Sequence record: OR525698.1 | Origin: Escherichia phage vB-Eco-KMB43 | Strand: one strand, 5' to 3' | DNA: 64,000 nt | In this document: piece after piece, positions 43,782-54,409 of the stretch | Layout of the letters: the number at the start of each line of letters is the position of its first letter | Numbering within the stretch: the stretch's first letter is position 1 | Program-made: the position numbers and the translations under genes | Notes under the pieces: generated by a model | The model's database searches: none | What the model was told of the DNA's origin: nothing | Seen by the model: only the letters and a program-made list of their open reading frames with translations

Positions 43782-46700
43782 ATGGCAGATTTTTCTCAAC
43801 ATTTCAAGGCCACATTTGGCTTTGACGCTGGTAATGAAAAGGTCGTCAATGTAGCATACGCAGATAAAAACACATCAACGGATGCGGTCAACGTTGAATT
43901 TTTCAATTACCATAATGGTATTACTCAGTATGACACAACTCGCGGTTATGATCAATACGGAACTACAATCTATCAAAACCGTCCGTATTATGCAAAAGAA
44001 GATATCGCAAAACCAGCAGGTGACTTTGACCCGACTAAATGGCAAGCACTGCGCACGGACCCACGTTGGGATTATGTTGCAGCAACTTCCGGCGATACTC
44101 CTTTAAAGTCCGGTGATTATATCGCAGCGGACTGTCAGTTTGCAAACTTGACATTCTCAATGCCTACTAATCCGGCAGAGGGCGACACTATAACAGTAAA
44201 AGATATCGGTGGCAAGTGCGGTGTTAATGAGTTATCGTTCCTTGCGGCTGGTCATGAGTTCTATCATAACGGTGTGGTAAACAACCGCAAATGGTATTGT
44301 ACTACCCCTTATGCAATGAACTACTTCATTTTTGTTCGCAATCGCTGGCACGTTTACCAGACGGGAACGGAGCCGCGCGGGGTATATGCACAGCCATCTA
44401 TTGATCCGATTCAGATGCAAAACGGTGATCAGGTATTCCGTCGTAGTTCTTTAGGTAACATTGTTTTGATGCTTCCTAAGTTTGCTAATAACGGTGATAT
44501 GATCCAGACTACCGATCTTGACGGATTGACTGCAACCAACCATGTTACAGTAAAAGTACATGAAGGTGCGCAAGAACAATCGATCGGTACTTTCGGGGTA
44601 AAAGAAATTGTTGGTAAGCGTAGCGGTCATGGTGTATTCATCTTTGACAAACCGGAAAACTTATGGCGTTTGTGGGATGGCGATCAGTCTGTTCGCTTGA
44701 ATCCTATCATTAGTGATACTCGCTTATCCCCTAATAGCTATGTTGCAGTATTTGGTGATCGTGATGTTACCTTGACTTTACCGACCAATGTCGAGCCGGG
44801 TGATCGTATCCAAGTTTCTATGCAGTATATGCACGGAAACCAGACTTGCCGAATCGTTACCTCAGAAGAGGATACAAAAATCCTTATGCAGAAAAACATG
44901 GTTCAGTTTCCTAAGCGTAGCGAGTACCCATTCAATGGGACCGATACATGGACGGGAGTGTCTGAATTGTCTTTCAACGCTGCAAATGATTATGTACCTT
45001 ATCTGGAGTTCTCTTATTCAGAAGGTGATGATGGTAAGAAATACTGGTTGGTTGCACATGCTCACCCGATTGTAGAACGAGTAGATCCTACACGTAAAGA
45101 TCGTGTTGGTGTAATTGCACTGGCTACCCAGGATGAAACAAACAAAAACCATGAAGATAATCCTAGCGACGAAGTTGCGGTGACCCCAAAGGTTCTGGCT
45201 AATAAAACAGCCAACGAAACTCGACGCGGTATTGCTCGCATTGCAACTCAAGCGGAAACGCATCAAGATACTGGTTCCAGCTTCCTGGATGATGTTATCG
45301 TTACACCTAAAAAGTTAAATAACTGTGTTGCTACCGAAGACCGTCGTGGTGTGGTGGAAATTGCAACTCAACATGAAACAAACGAAGGTTTAGACGATAC
45401 CCGCGCAATCACTCCTAAGAAGTTAGAAGAACGTCGCGCGTCCGAGGATCTTGCTGGTATCGCTGAAATTGTTCAGGTAGGCGGTAATGCTGCCGCTCTA
45501 AGGGGTGAAGCTGGTACGGGGATCTATAACATCAACGACCACGCTAAAATAGTTACTCCGCAAAACATCAACGAAGTTAAGGCGACCGAAACTTCCCGTG
45601 GTGTTGGCTATCTGGCAACTGATGCGGAAGTGCAAGGGGCTACAGAATCAACCCCGCAAGATGCTTTACTAATCACGACTCGCACGCTAACGAAACGTAC
45701 TGCTACCGAATCGCGTACTGGTATCGCTGAAATTGCAACGCAGGAAGAAACAAACTTAGGTCAAAGTGATAACCATATCATCACGCCTAAAAAGCTGCAT
45801 ACTCGCCGCGCAACGGAAACTTTACACGGTTTAGCAGAAATTGCAACTCAACCGGAATTTGACGCAGGTCGTGACGATTCTCGCATTTCTACCCCATTGA
45901 AGATTAAAACCTTCTTTGAGAATGCACAGCGTTTGAAAGTAGATCCGACTCAGGGGCTTAACCTTACTGGTGATTTGTGGCAAGGTATCATGATCAGCGG
46001 TCTGGATGCAACCGAAGACACAAAAGGTGTCGCTAAAGTTGCTACTACTCAGCTTACTGACGCTGGTCAAGATGATACTACAATCATCACGCCTAAAAAG
46101 CTGCAAGGCAAAAAGGCCACCGAAGGTAAAGAAGGTATTATCCGAGTTGGTACTCAAGCCGAAACCGTGGCTGGTACACTGGCTAATGTAGCAATTTCTC
46201 CGAAGAACTTCAAATATGTTGTTCAGACAGAGGATACATGGAAAGCAACCGAAGCGCGTCGTGGATTCTTGAAAGTTGCTACTCAGGAAAACTGTTTTGT
46301 TGGTGATAATCTGCAAGGTTCTACTCAAGAACTAGGAAACTACCAGCATGACGGAATTGCTGTTACCCCGAAAGGATTAAACTACGCACTTGCTAATTTC
46401 TTACCTAAGATGGCAACCGCTCAGAATAGTTTGAAATTAGGTAACGTAGAGGCCGCTAAATGGGCGCGTAGAGACATTGACCAGACCATAGAGAGCAATT
46501 ACACGTTTAATAAAAACGTTAACGTGAAGGGCGATTTAGAGTGCTTAAAATCTGGTTCCTTTGAAACTCTGTCTGTGACTAAGAACTCGACCGATGATCC
46601 GAGTAATGGTCATCTGGTGTTGGGTGAGCGTGGAGTTGACGGTCACACCGGAATTACTCTGCATGGCACAACCGCATCGGAAGGCATGGAAAACTCATGG

Positions 46701-47522
46701 TCTATTATCGTTGGTGGCACGGGAACAGCGCAAGTTGTTGATAGTAATGCTATCGCTTTCGGTAAAATCAATGATGGTGGATTAGTCGAGCATTACGCCT
46801 TTGCTATGGAACACAATGGCGACGCGACAGCATATAGAGACTTTATTGCAGGTCGTAACCTGTATGCGAAACAAGGCGGTTTATACATTGTTGACCAGTC
46901 TAATCCGGCAATGACTCGTTCCCCAGATGGTATGCTGAATATCGGTCACGGTGGAAGTGTTAACATCAAGGCAGGTCATCAAACGTTAACTACAGAGATC
47001 GCCGGACAGAAATATCAGATCGTACACGCAGGAAACGCTGACGAAGTTCTTAACCGTCAGTTTGTTAAGAATGCTGGCGATACAATGGTCGGTAAGCTGA
47101 CTATGGATAATGCGCCTATTGTTTCTGTTAAGCATGAAGCTAGCGCGGCAACCGCTCCGGCAATCGGTAACATCGGTTTCTGGAATATGCGAGTTACTAC
47201 CCAGAACATCAAAGAAACTTATCCAGAGAAGAAAAACGGTACTCTGATGCAATGGGGTACTGACGCGGACGGGCTTACCCAGCTTTGGTCCCCTGATGGT
47301 ACTCATAAACATTATATCCGTTCCGGTACTGGTGGTCAATGGACCGCATGGGGCGAAATTTACACCAAACAGAACAAGCCTACCGCTCAGGAAATCGGGG
47401 CAGTTGTTGCCGAAGGTGGTTTAATGAACTCTATGACGGTTCGTGACTGGATCAAGGTTGGTAATGTTAAAATCATCGCCAATAATCTGACTCGTACCGT
47501 AGATTTTATCTGGGAAGACTAA
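43782..47522 (+). CDS. 34: long tail fibre proximal subunit gp34
   Basis: 1246 aa, repeat-rich fibre protein; late promoter TATAAATA at 43746. Confidence 0.9.
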   Translation: MADFSQHFKATFGFDAGNEKVVNVAYADKNTSTDAVNVEFFNYHNGITQYDTTRGYDQYGTTIYQNRPYYAKEDIAKPAGDFDPTKWQALRTDPRWDYVAATSGDTPLKSGDYIAADCQFANLTFSMPTNPAEGDTITVKDIGGKCGVNELSFLAAGHEFYHNGVVNNRKWYCTTPYAMNYFIFVRNRWHVYQTGTEPRGVYAQPSIDPIQMQNGDQVFRRSSLGNIVLMLPKFANNGDMIQTTDLDGLTATNHVTVKVHEGAQEQSIGTFGVKEIVGKRSGHGVFIFDKPENLWRLWDGDQSVRLNPIISDTRLSPNSYVAVFGDRDVTLTLPTNVEPGDRIQVSMQYMHGNQTCRIVTSEEDTKILMQKNMVQFPKRSEYPFNGTDTWTGVSELSFNAANDYVPYLEFSYSEGDDGKKYWLVAHAHPIVERVDPTRKDRVGVIALATQDETNKNHEDNPSDEVAVTPKVLANKTANETRRGIARIATQAETHQDTGSSFLDDVIVTPKKLNNCVATEDRRGVVEIATQHETNEGLDDTRAITPKKLEERRASEDLAGIAEIVQVGGNAAALRGEAGTGIYNINDHAKIVTPQNINEVKATETSRGVGYLATDAEVQGATESTPQDALLITTRTLTKRTATESRTGIAEIATQEETNLGQSDNHIITPKKLHTRRATETLHGLAEIATQPEFDAGRDDSRISTPLKIKTFFENAQRLKVDPTQGLNLTGDLWQGIMISGLDATEDTKGVAKVATTQLTDAGQDDTTIITPKKLQGKKATEGKEGIIRVGTQAETVAGTLANVAISPKNFKYVVQTEDTWKATEARRGFLKVATQENCFVGDNLQGSTQELGNYQHDGIAVTPKGLNYALANFLPKMATAQNSLKLGNVEAAKWARRDIDQTIESNYTFNKNVNVKGDLECLKSGSFETLSVTKNSTDDPSNGHLVLGERGVDGHTGITLHGTTASEGMENSWSIIVGGTGTAQVVDSNAIAFGKINDGGLVEHYAFAMEHNGDATAYRDFIAGRNLYAKQGGLYIVDQSNPAMTRSPDGMLNIGHGGSVNIKAGHQTLTTEIAGQKYQIVHAGNADEVLNRQFVKNAGDTMVGKLTMDNAPIVSVKHEASAATAPAIGNIGFWNMRVTTQNIKETYPEKKNGTLMQWGTDADGLTQLWSPDGTHKHYIRSGTGGQWTAWGEIYTKQNKPTAQEIGAVVAEGGLMNSMTVRDWIKVGNVKIIANNLTRTVDFIWED

Positions 47523-47555
47523 TTAAAGGGGGCGAAAGCCCCCTATGGGGTTATT

Positions 47556-48695
47556 ATGACACAAGATATAGAATTACGCAACACCGGAATTAAGTTTGCG
47601 CATTTCGACGAAGACTCCGCGACATTTACAAGCATTTCAGAAAATAACTCTGTGATGTATAAGCTGGAAGTGCGCGGATCTAATGCGGATTCTACCAAAC
47701 CAGCAAGGATTAGATTTAATGGAGTGGAGATAGTTGGCACTGGCTATGAAAATGGCCTAAATTTTAAAGTTCTTACTCCAACTGGACAACTACACGAAGA
47801 AAAGGTATTCTATGGTCGCGGTGCTGTTTTGGCAATGCGTGATTATCTCTCTTTGCTGAAAGGTGACTATATCATTGCGATGGCAACGCATGGAGAATTG
47901 TTTGCAGATCCGATAAGTGATGTTGTATTCTCTAAGATGGGATCTGTATCATTCCCGAATCACATTTTGCTACAGCAAATGCCTCGTGTATCCTATGCAG
48001 CAATTTATTCTACTAAAATGGGCAAAATTGTGTGCGAAGGGATGCAAGCAACGAACGGGGAAGGTCAAGATTCGTCTATACAGATCGAGAAAGTTTATGA
48101 TACTATAGACGATCTTGCAATAACAGGAACACCACAACGATTTTTAGATTATCCGGTTGAATATGTTAGCGAAGATGCCGAACATTTCGAGCTAATACAA
48201 TGGCCTCATGATGAGATCAGCTCACCACTTGAAGATTTTAACATAAAGGCAGGTGACAAACTATCAATATCCTTTGAATTGTTCCGTGATAGTGCCGCAG
48301 CCGCAGCCAACGTAACAGCGCGTTTCTATCACAACTACTTCACTGATGGACAATATCAAACTGGCGTTCGTTATAATGCCAGCCAGAAAGATCAATGGGA
48401 AAAGTTTGAAGCCGTCTATACCGTACCGGAAGGAGTTGATAGTGTTACCACTGGTTGTATCAGATATCCAACCAACTCAAATGAAGGTATTGTTAAAATT
48501 AGAAACATACTAATAACGCCGATCAGTGGAGTCGTCAAAACTACTGGTCCTACTTCATTTGGTGTTAACGGTATTAGAACAACTCACATTCAGGATAACG
48601 GCAATTTCGATAACCCTGTTATGAGTCTTCTTAAATTACCTAGAGACAATAAACATATCACATCCAACAACTTTAAAGAGTTCGATGTTGATTAA
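47556..48695 (+). CDS. 35: long tail fibre hinge protein gp35
   Basis: 379 aa at conserved position. Confidence 0.85.
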   Translation: MTQDIELRNTGIKFAHFDEDSATFTSISENNSVMYKLEVRGSNADSTKPARIRFNGVEIVGTGYENGLNFKVLTPTGQLHEEKVFYGRGAVLAMRDYLSLLKGDYIIAMATHGELFADPISDVVFSKMGSVSFPNHILLQQMPRVSYAAIYSTKMGKIVCEGMQATNGEGQDSSIQIEKVYDTIDDLAITGTPQRFLDYPVEYVSEDAEHFELIQWPHDEISSPLEDFNIKAGDKLSISFELFRDSAAAAANVTARFYHNYFTDGQYQTGVRYNASQKDQWEKFEAVYTVPEGVDSVTTGCIRYPTNSNEGIVKIRNILITPISGVVKTTGPTSFGVNGIRTTHIQDNGNFDNPVMSLLKLPRDNKHITSNNFKEFDVD

Positions 48696-48707
48696 CATTT
48701 TTAACAA

Positions 48708-48738
48708 GCCGATCCTCGTGGTCGGCTTTATTTTTATA
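48708..48738 (+). terminator. terminator after gene 35
   Basis: Hairpin AGCCGA...TCGGCT followed by TTTATTTTTAT. Confidence 0.6.
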
Positions 48739-48856
48739 CAGTTGGTTAAAACATAACCAAAACGAAGAAAGATCTTTAGAATAATAGAAAATTTGTTTCG
48801 GTTAAAAAGTAGTCAGTGCCTACGGCACGTCGCGAAGCGATATTTTGTTAACATTC

Positions 48857-48864
48857 TATAAATA
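48857..48864 (+). promoter_or_regulatory. T4-type late promoter TATAAATA (gene 36)
   Basis: Exact TATAAATA ~34 nt upstream of gene 36 start. Confidence 0.6.
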
Positions 48865-48897
48865 CTCGGAACTATAACTAATTTTTGAGGTTACTTT

Positions 48898-50388
48898 ATG
48901 GCAGATTTGAAACATGGATCTACTGTAGGCGGATCTCCCATTTGGACGCAAGGAAACTTGACGATCCAGCCAGCGGGTGATCAGCTTTTCTATAAAGGTC
49001 ATAAAATCTATACCGCTTTTGATAAACCTTCGGCTGCCGATTTTGATGCTGTTAGTGCATCTGAGGGTGGTACATTTCAGAAACTGGTCCATTTTGAGGA
49101 AGGTTTAAGCGTAGGTAGCGCATCCGGTGGAGAAACCAAAAAGAACGGGATCTTTAAAGGAAAGAGCGATGCGGCTAACTTTGATGGTGTAAGTTGGGGT
49201 TTGCATTCGTGGAAATCTATTGGTTTTGTTAATGCTCGTGATGATGTTATCATGGCTTATATTGACACTACCACAGGTGATTTTAAAACTAAAGGGACCA
49301 TCGAAGGGACAACCATTAAAGACACTGGTCAACGCGTCTATAGTCCTGTTAATAAGCCGACAAACAATGATTTGGATTTGGTGTCTCGTCGCGGTGATAC
49401 TCTCACGGGAACGTATAATTTAAACACGGCTACATTTAAACTTGATGTTAATTCGAAAATACTTGCGCGGGATCGTGGTTTCATTGCTTTCGATTCTAAT
49501 GCCATTTATTTTGGAAATAGTCTTGATACTTTGGCATTCAGTAGCAAAAACGAGCCGACAATTTCTGTTAATGGCAAGGCAGGTAGATTCTACCACACCA
49601 ACAATAAACCGACTAAAGCCGATGTTGGACTAGGTAATGTCACCAATGATGCACAGGTTAAACGTGCTGGTGATATTATGGAAGGTAACTTGCAAGCGCC
49701 TAGAATGTTGGCGACAAACGATCCTGCTGGTCCTAATGAATTGGTTCGTTTGAGCTACTTTGAGAAAAAATCAATGGTAGCAAATCCAACAATCATTGGA
49801 AACGTTGATTGGAACACTCTTATTAATCGCGGTATCTATCGTGTGGAAAATGCTGGATCAGGTACTAATAAACCGTCTGATAGCTATTATAACGGCGTTT
49901 TGATGGTATATCGCCCAGAAGATGCGGTCGGTACTCGTCGAATTGTTCAGGTATACTATCCTGAATCTATTGATCATCCGATGTGCTGGCGTTCTTGTTC
50001 TAATGAATCATGGACCGCATGGAACTATGTAGATCACCGTAAATTGGCTGATGCTCGCTATGTTAATGTGACTGGCGATACCATGAGAGGTGCTTTGACA
50101 GTTCCCGCTGCAAACGGCGTTCGTACCGCAAAAGCTAACTATAATGGTGATAATTGCTACGCTGGACTTAATAGCTTAGATGGCACAGCAATGATTCATC
50201 GTGTTAGTGATATTAAAGCGCACGAGAAACTAGGCATCACACATGATTCTAAAATTATTTTCGTTAAATCACGCAACAATACTCAGGACACCGATACATT
50301 TGAATTATACCACGAAGGACACAAACCAACTCCTGATGATGTTGGCGCTGTTCCGCTTAATGCGGTAATTGATTTTGGTACTTTCTAA
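48898..50388 (+). CDS. 36: long tail fibre distal connector gp36 (extended, 496 aa)
   Basis: N-terminus MADLKHGSTVGGSPIW like T4 gp36; late promoter TATAAATA at 48857. Confidence 0.85.
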   Translation: MADLKHGSTVGGSPIWTQGNLTIQPAGDQLFYKGHKIYTAFDKPSAADFDAVSASEGGTFQKLVHFEEGLSVGSASGGETKKNGIFKGKSDAANFDGVSWGLHSWKSIGFVNARDDVIMAYIDTTTGDFKTKGTIEGTTIKDTGQRVYSPVNKPTNNDLDLVSRRGDTLTGTYNLNTATFKLDVNSKILARDRGFIAFDSNAIYFGNSLDTLAFSSKNEPTISVNGKAGRFYHTNNKPTKADVGLGNVTNDAQVKRAGDIMEGNLQAPRMLATNDPAGPNELVRLSYFEKKSMVANPTIIGNVDWNTLINRGIYRVENAGSGTNKPSDSYYNGVLMVYRPEDAVGTRRIVQVYYPESIDHPMCWRSCSNESWTAWNYVDHRKLADARYVNVTGDTMRGALTVPAANGVRTAKANYNGDNCYAGLNSLDGTAMIHRVSDIKAHEKLGITHDSKIIFVKSRNNTQDTDTFELYHEGHKPTPDDVGAVPLNAVIDFGTF

Positions 50389-50392
50389 TTCT

Positions 50393-50416
50393 AGCGGGGA
50401 TTATCCCCGCTTTTCT
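50393..50416 (+). terminator. terminator after gene 36
   Basis: Hairpin GCGGGGA-TTA-TCCCCGC followed by TTTTCT. Confidence 0.6.
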
Positions 50417-50455
50417 AAATAATATTATTCTAACAACCGTTAAGGATTTTATAAA

Positions 50456-53254
50456 ATGGCAGATTTACAGAGAATCCAATTTAAAAGAACAAGTACGGCA
50501 GGTCGCAAGCCGGATGCGAATATTCTAACTCCGGGTGAACTTGCTATTAACCTAGCGGATCGAGAACTATATACAAAAGATGACAGCAATAATGTAATTA
50601 CTTTGGGACACTTTCGCGGTGAGTTGCCATCTGATGCAAATTTAGATAATTATGGACCTACTGGTAAATTTACTGGCGTTTGGTCTAAATCAACTTCAAC
50701 AAATGCGCAGCCAGCAAATAAATTCCCAGAAGAGAATGCTGTAGGTGTATTAGAAGTATTTGTGGCTGGTCAATTTGCTGGCACTCAGCGTTATACTGTT
50801 CGGTCTGGTAACGTTTATATCCGTTCTTTGTCTGCGAAATGGAATGGCGTAGATGGTCCATGGGGTCCGTGGCGCAATATTCAAACTGGCACACGTCCAC
50901 TATCAACTACACTAGACTTGAATACTTTAGGTGATGCTTCTCATTTTGGGTTATGGCGAAATAGTTTAAGTTCCATTGCATCATTTTCTCGAAATTACCC
51001 AGAAGAAGGTGGTCTCGCGCAAGGTCTTTTAGAAATTTATGAAGGTGGTAACTATTCTCGCACGCAACGTTATACTACCCGAATGGGTGTTGTATATGTT
51101 CGTTGTCTTGCTGGTGCATGGGATCCAGAAGCTCCGAATTGGGGACCGTGGCAACAAGTAGGTATGGTTACTCCAAACACATTCTATGACGGGGATCTTA
51201 ATAATTTTCGTTCTCCTGGCTTGTATAACATTTTAGGGACTGATGCCGTTATTAACCGTCCAGTTGCAGAAGGTGTTCCGGTTGAGATGACCGGATTGCT
51301 TGAGGTTAAACAGCGTGCTTCCGGTGCCGCTATTTTCCAACGTTTCACTACCGCAGGAACGGGTGCAACTACGCGATCTCGCGTGTTTGAACGTGCGATG
51401 ACAAATAACATCTGGGGAAATTGGTACGAAGTATATACGTCCTATTCTATGCCGATCACTCTGGGTATGGGTGGTGTTAAATCTCAATTAGCGGAGCTAG
51501 ACTGGCAAACCTTTGATTTTGTCCCTGGTAGTATGTTTAGTGTTCCTTTGAACAAAATAAAGAATATGCCAGCAAATATGGATTGGGGGACGATTGACGG
51601 AAACTTGGTTATGTTTTCTGTCGGTCCTAGCGAACATACCGGAACGGGTCGAACTGTTCAAGTGTGGCGCGGTACTGTATCTCAGGCGAACTATCGTTAT
51701 TTCGTTGTTCGTATCGCTGGTAATCCAGGAAGTAGGACTAATACTTGTCGTCGTGTTGTTGTGGAAGATGGTCGCCACACATGGACAGCGCAACAAGATT
51801 TTAATGGTGCAGTTAACTTCGGTGCTCCTACCAATTTTAACTCTACTGTTAACCTTAATAACACTACCACATTTAAAACAGAAGTTAAATTCCGCTCATC
51901 TAATGCATTCCGTATGTATGGCGGTAATTTTGGCACAATTTTCCGTAATGATGGTGAAAGTCTTTATATTCTTTCCACCGACGAAAATGATCAAGATGGA
52001 AACTTTAATACAAATAGACCTTTCCGCTATCAATTAAAAACTGGCGATGTTACTTTGGGTGGCACTAGCGGTGCTAACGCTTTAGTATTAAAAGGCGGTT
52101 CTCTTGCTGCTACCTTTAGCGGTGATGTTAATTTAAGTAAAGGTACGCTGACGTTTGAAGCGGGTGGTAAGCAATCACGCGATTATTTCCGGTTTAATCA
52201 TTGGGGTGATAGCAATAACGCTCGTGATAACATTATTCAGTTAGAAGATAGTAAAGGCGCTCATTTTTCCACTGAACGTACTTTAGCGACGGGCGCAATT
52301 AAAACTAAGTTCTTTGGTGAAGTTGAATCCGATGGTCGATTGACTATTAAACGTCCTGGTGATGCTATTGTATTATCAACAACTGCTGGTAATGCTTTGC
52401 ATATTCGCGGTGATATAGACGGGAGTGGTAACTGGTATATTGGCAAGGGTGGTGCTGATAATTCGCTAGCATTTTATAGCTATGCTACTCAGGCGGCAGT
52501 ACATATAACAAACAATGGTGAGATTGCGTTAAACCCGCAAAATACCGCAATGGTTAACGTTAACCGCGACCGTGTACACATTAACGGTTCTGGATGGATT
52601 GCTAGACAACCGGGTGATTGGGGCAACCAATGGCGAGTAGAAGCTCCATTATTCGTTGATCATGGTTATGTTGGTCAAGATAGTTATTATCCTATTCTTA
52701 AAGCAAGAAGCGTTATAACCAATCAAGGATATAGCACCGCTGTTGACTTTGGTATGCGTCGTATTCCATCACAGTGGGGGCAAGCAATCATTCGCGTCGG
52801 ATCCACGGAGGCTTCTCCTGATGCTGGACACCCACAAGCTATATTTGAATTCCATCATGATGGATTCTTTTATACACCAGGAAATGGTAGCTTTAGCGAT
52901 GTGTATATTCGTTCTGACTCCCGTCTCAAGATTAATAAAGAAGAATTAGAATATGGAGCGGTCGAAAAAGTTTGCCGACTGAAAGTTTATACATACGATA
53001 AGGTTAAGTCTATTAAAGATCGTAGTGTTATTAAACGTGAAGTTGGTATTATTGCTCAGGATCTTGAAAAAGAATTACCGGAAGCTGTGTCTAAAGTTGA
53101 AGTTGATGGTTCTGATGTTCTGACAATTTCTAACTCGGCAGTGAATGCTCTTTTAATTAAGGCTATTCAGGAAATGAGTGAAGAAATTAAAGAATTGAAA
53201 ACGCCTCTCTTTACTAAAATTGCTCGCAAAATTAGTAAATATTTTAAATTCTAA
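50456..53254 (+). CDS. 37: long tail fibre distal subunit gp37 with C-terminal intramolecular-chaperone-like domain
   Basis: N-terminus MADLQRIQFKRTSTAGRKP like T4 gp37; C-terminal SDSRLKINKEELEYG...IIAQDLEKELPEAV resembles auto-cleaving chaperone domains. Confidence 0.9.
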   Translation: MADLQRIQFKRTSTAGRKPDANILTPGELAINLADRELYTKDDSNNVITLGHFRGELPSDANLDNYGPTGKFTGVWSKSTSTNAQPANKFPEENAVGVLEVFVAGQFAGTQRYTVRSGNVYIRSLSAKWNGVDGPWGPWRNIQTGTRPLSTTLDLNTLGDASHFGLWRNSLSSIASFSRNYPEEGGLAQGLLEIYEGGNYSRTQRYTTRMGVVYVRCLAGAWDPEAPNWGPWQQVGMVTPNTFYDGDLNNFRSPGLYNILGTDAVINRPVAEGVPVEMTGLLEVKQRASGAAIFQRFTTAGTGATTRSRVFERAMTNNIWGNWYEVYTSYSMPITLGMGGVKSQLAELDWQTFDFVPGSMFSVPLNKIKNMPANMDWGTIDGNLVMFSVGPSEHTGTGRTVQVWRGTVSQANYRYFVVRIAGNPGSRTNTCRRVVVEDGRHTWTAQQDFNGAVNFGAPTNFNSTVNLNNTTTFKTEVKFRSSNAFRMYGGNFGTIFRNDGESLYILSTDENDQDGNFNTNRPFRYQLKTGDVTLGGTSGANALVLKGGSLAATFSGDVNLSKGTLTFEAGGKQSRDYFRFNHWGDSNNARDNIIQLEDSKGAHFSTERTLATGAIKTKFFGEVESDGRLTIKRPGDAIVLSTTAGNALHIRGDIDGSGNWYIGKGGADNSLAFYSYATQAAVHITNNGEIALNPQNTAMVNVNRDRVHINGSGWIARQPGDWGNQWRVEAPLFVDHGYVGQDSYYPILKARSVITNQGYSTAVDFGMRRIPSQWGQAIIRVGSTEASPDAGHPQAIFEFHHDGFFYTPGNGSFSDVYIRSDSRLKINKEELEYGAVEKVCRLKVYTYDKVKSIKDRSVIKREVGIIAQDLEKELPEAVSKVEVDGSDVLTISNSAVNALLIKAIQEMSEEIKELKTPLFTKIARKISKYFKF

Positions 53255-53260
53255 CAACAA

Positions 53261-53278
53261 GGGGGCATTGCCCCCTTT
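53261..53278 (+). terminator. hairpin after gene 37 (terminator-like)
   Basis: GGGGGC-ATT-GCCCCC followed by TTTGG. Confidence 0.4.
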
Positions 53279-53290
53279 GGAGTATAAATT

Positions 53291-54073
53291 ATGGCAGTAG
53301 TTGGTGTTCCTGGTTGGATTGGAAGTTCAGCCGCAAATGAAACAGGACAAAGATGGATGAGTCAAGCGGCTGGTCAATTAAGATTGGGTGTTCCTTGCTG
53401 GATGATTCAATTTGCAGGTCGCTCGCGAGAAATTATTCATACACTTGGTGCAGACCATAACTTCAACGGTCAGTGGTTCCGTGATAGATGCTTTGAAGCA
53501 GGTAGTACACCTATAGTGTTTAATATCACTGGAGATTTAGTATCATATTCTAAAGATGTTCCTTTATTCTTTATGTACGGAGATACACCGAATGAATATG
53601 TTCAGTTGAATATACATGGCGTAACGATGTATGGTCGTGGCGGGAATGGCGGTAGCAATGGTCCTGGATCAGCCGGGGGGCATTGTATTCAAAATGATAT
53701 TGGTGGGAGACTAAGAATTAATAATGGTGGAGCTATTGCAGGTGGCGGTGGCGGTGGCGGTGGTGGGTATTATTCTCCTTTTTCACAAATGAGATTAACC
53801 TTTGGCGGTGGCGGTGGGCGTCCGTTTGGTGCGCCGGGCGGATCTATTGATATGCAATCAGGCGCAACTGCTGGTACTCTTTATGCGCCCGGTTCGGGGT
53901 CCGTGAACGGTATCTATAATGGTGGAAGCGGTGGTGAGGTAGGCGCCGCAGGAGGTAGATGTAATATTCGTGGTCAAGGATCTGAATATAATGGCGGCGA
54001 TTCTGGATATGCTGTTATAGGGTCTTCTCCAACGTGGCAAAATCGCGGAGCTATTTACGGACCGGCTGTTTAG
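53291..54073 (+). CDS. 38: tail fibre adhesin gp38 (T2-type, glycine-rich motifs)
   Basis: [11 protein letters not shown]...[19 protein letters not shown] and poly-Gly blocks characteristic of T2/T6-type gp38. Confidence 0.85.
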   Translation: MAVVGVPGWIGSSAANETGQRWMSQAAGQLRLGVPCWMIQFAGRSREIIHTLGADHNFNGQWFRDRCFEAGSTPIVFNITGDLVSYSKDVPLFFMYGDTPNEYVQLNIHGVTMYGRGGNGGSNGPGSAGGHCIQNDIGGRLRINNGGAIAGGGGGGGGGYYSPFSQMRLTFGGGGGRPFGAPGGSIDMQSGATAGTLYAPGSGSVNGIYNGGSGGEVGAAGGRCNIRGQGSEYNGGDSGYAVIGSSPTWQNRGAIYGPAV

Positions 54074-54136
54074 ACGCAATTATAAAAAGAATTAAGGAAA
54101 ACTCCCACGGAAGGGAACTACTAAGGAGAAACGGCT

Positions 54137-54376
54137 ATGGTCTATAATATCGTCATTGGTGCTTTGTCTAATTTCGGAATGAAACTATTGTCAAAGTTAA
54201 TTAGTGAAAAGATGCTCACTAAAATTTTCTTCTATTGCGCTCGTCGTCTTGCGGCTTATACCAATACGCCAATTGATGATCGTTTTGTGGAAGAACTTTA
54301 TAAGGAGTTTAATAAAGATCAGTCAGAAGATAGTAACGAGCAAGATAAACCTAATGATAGTCAACTACCTAAATAA
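54137..54376 (+). CDS. hypothetical small protein (79 aa)
   Basis: ORF between gene 38 and t with GGAG RBS. Confidence 0.4.
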   Translation: MVYNIVIGALSNFGMKLLSKLISEKMLTKIFFYCARRLAAYTNTPIDDRFVEELYKEFNKDQSEDSNEQDKPNDSQLPK

Positions 54377-54409
54377 GAGTACACTGTCATAGTTATCTTA
54401 GGGCATTAT

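Noticed and set aside
53730-53830. GGCGGTGGCGGTGGCGGTGGTGGG run as a sequencing slippage artefact or simple repeat
   Set aside because: It is in frame and encodes the poly-glycine motif characteristic of T2-type gp38 adhesins
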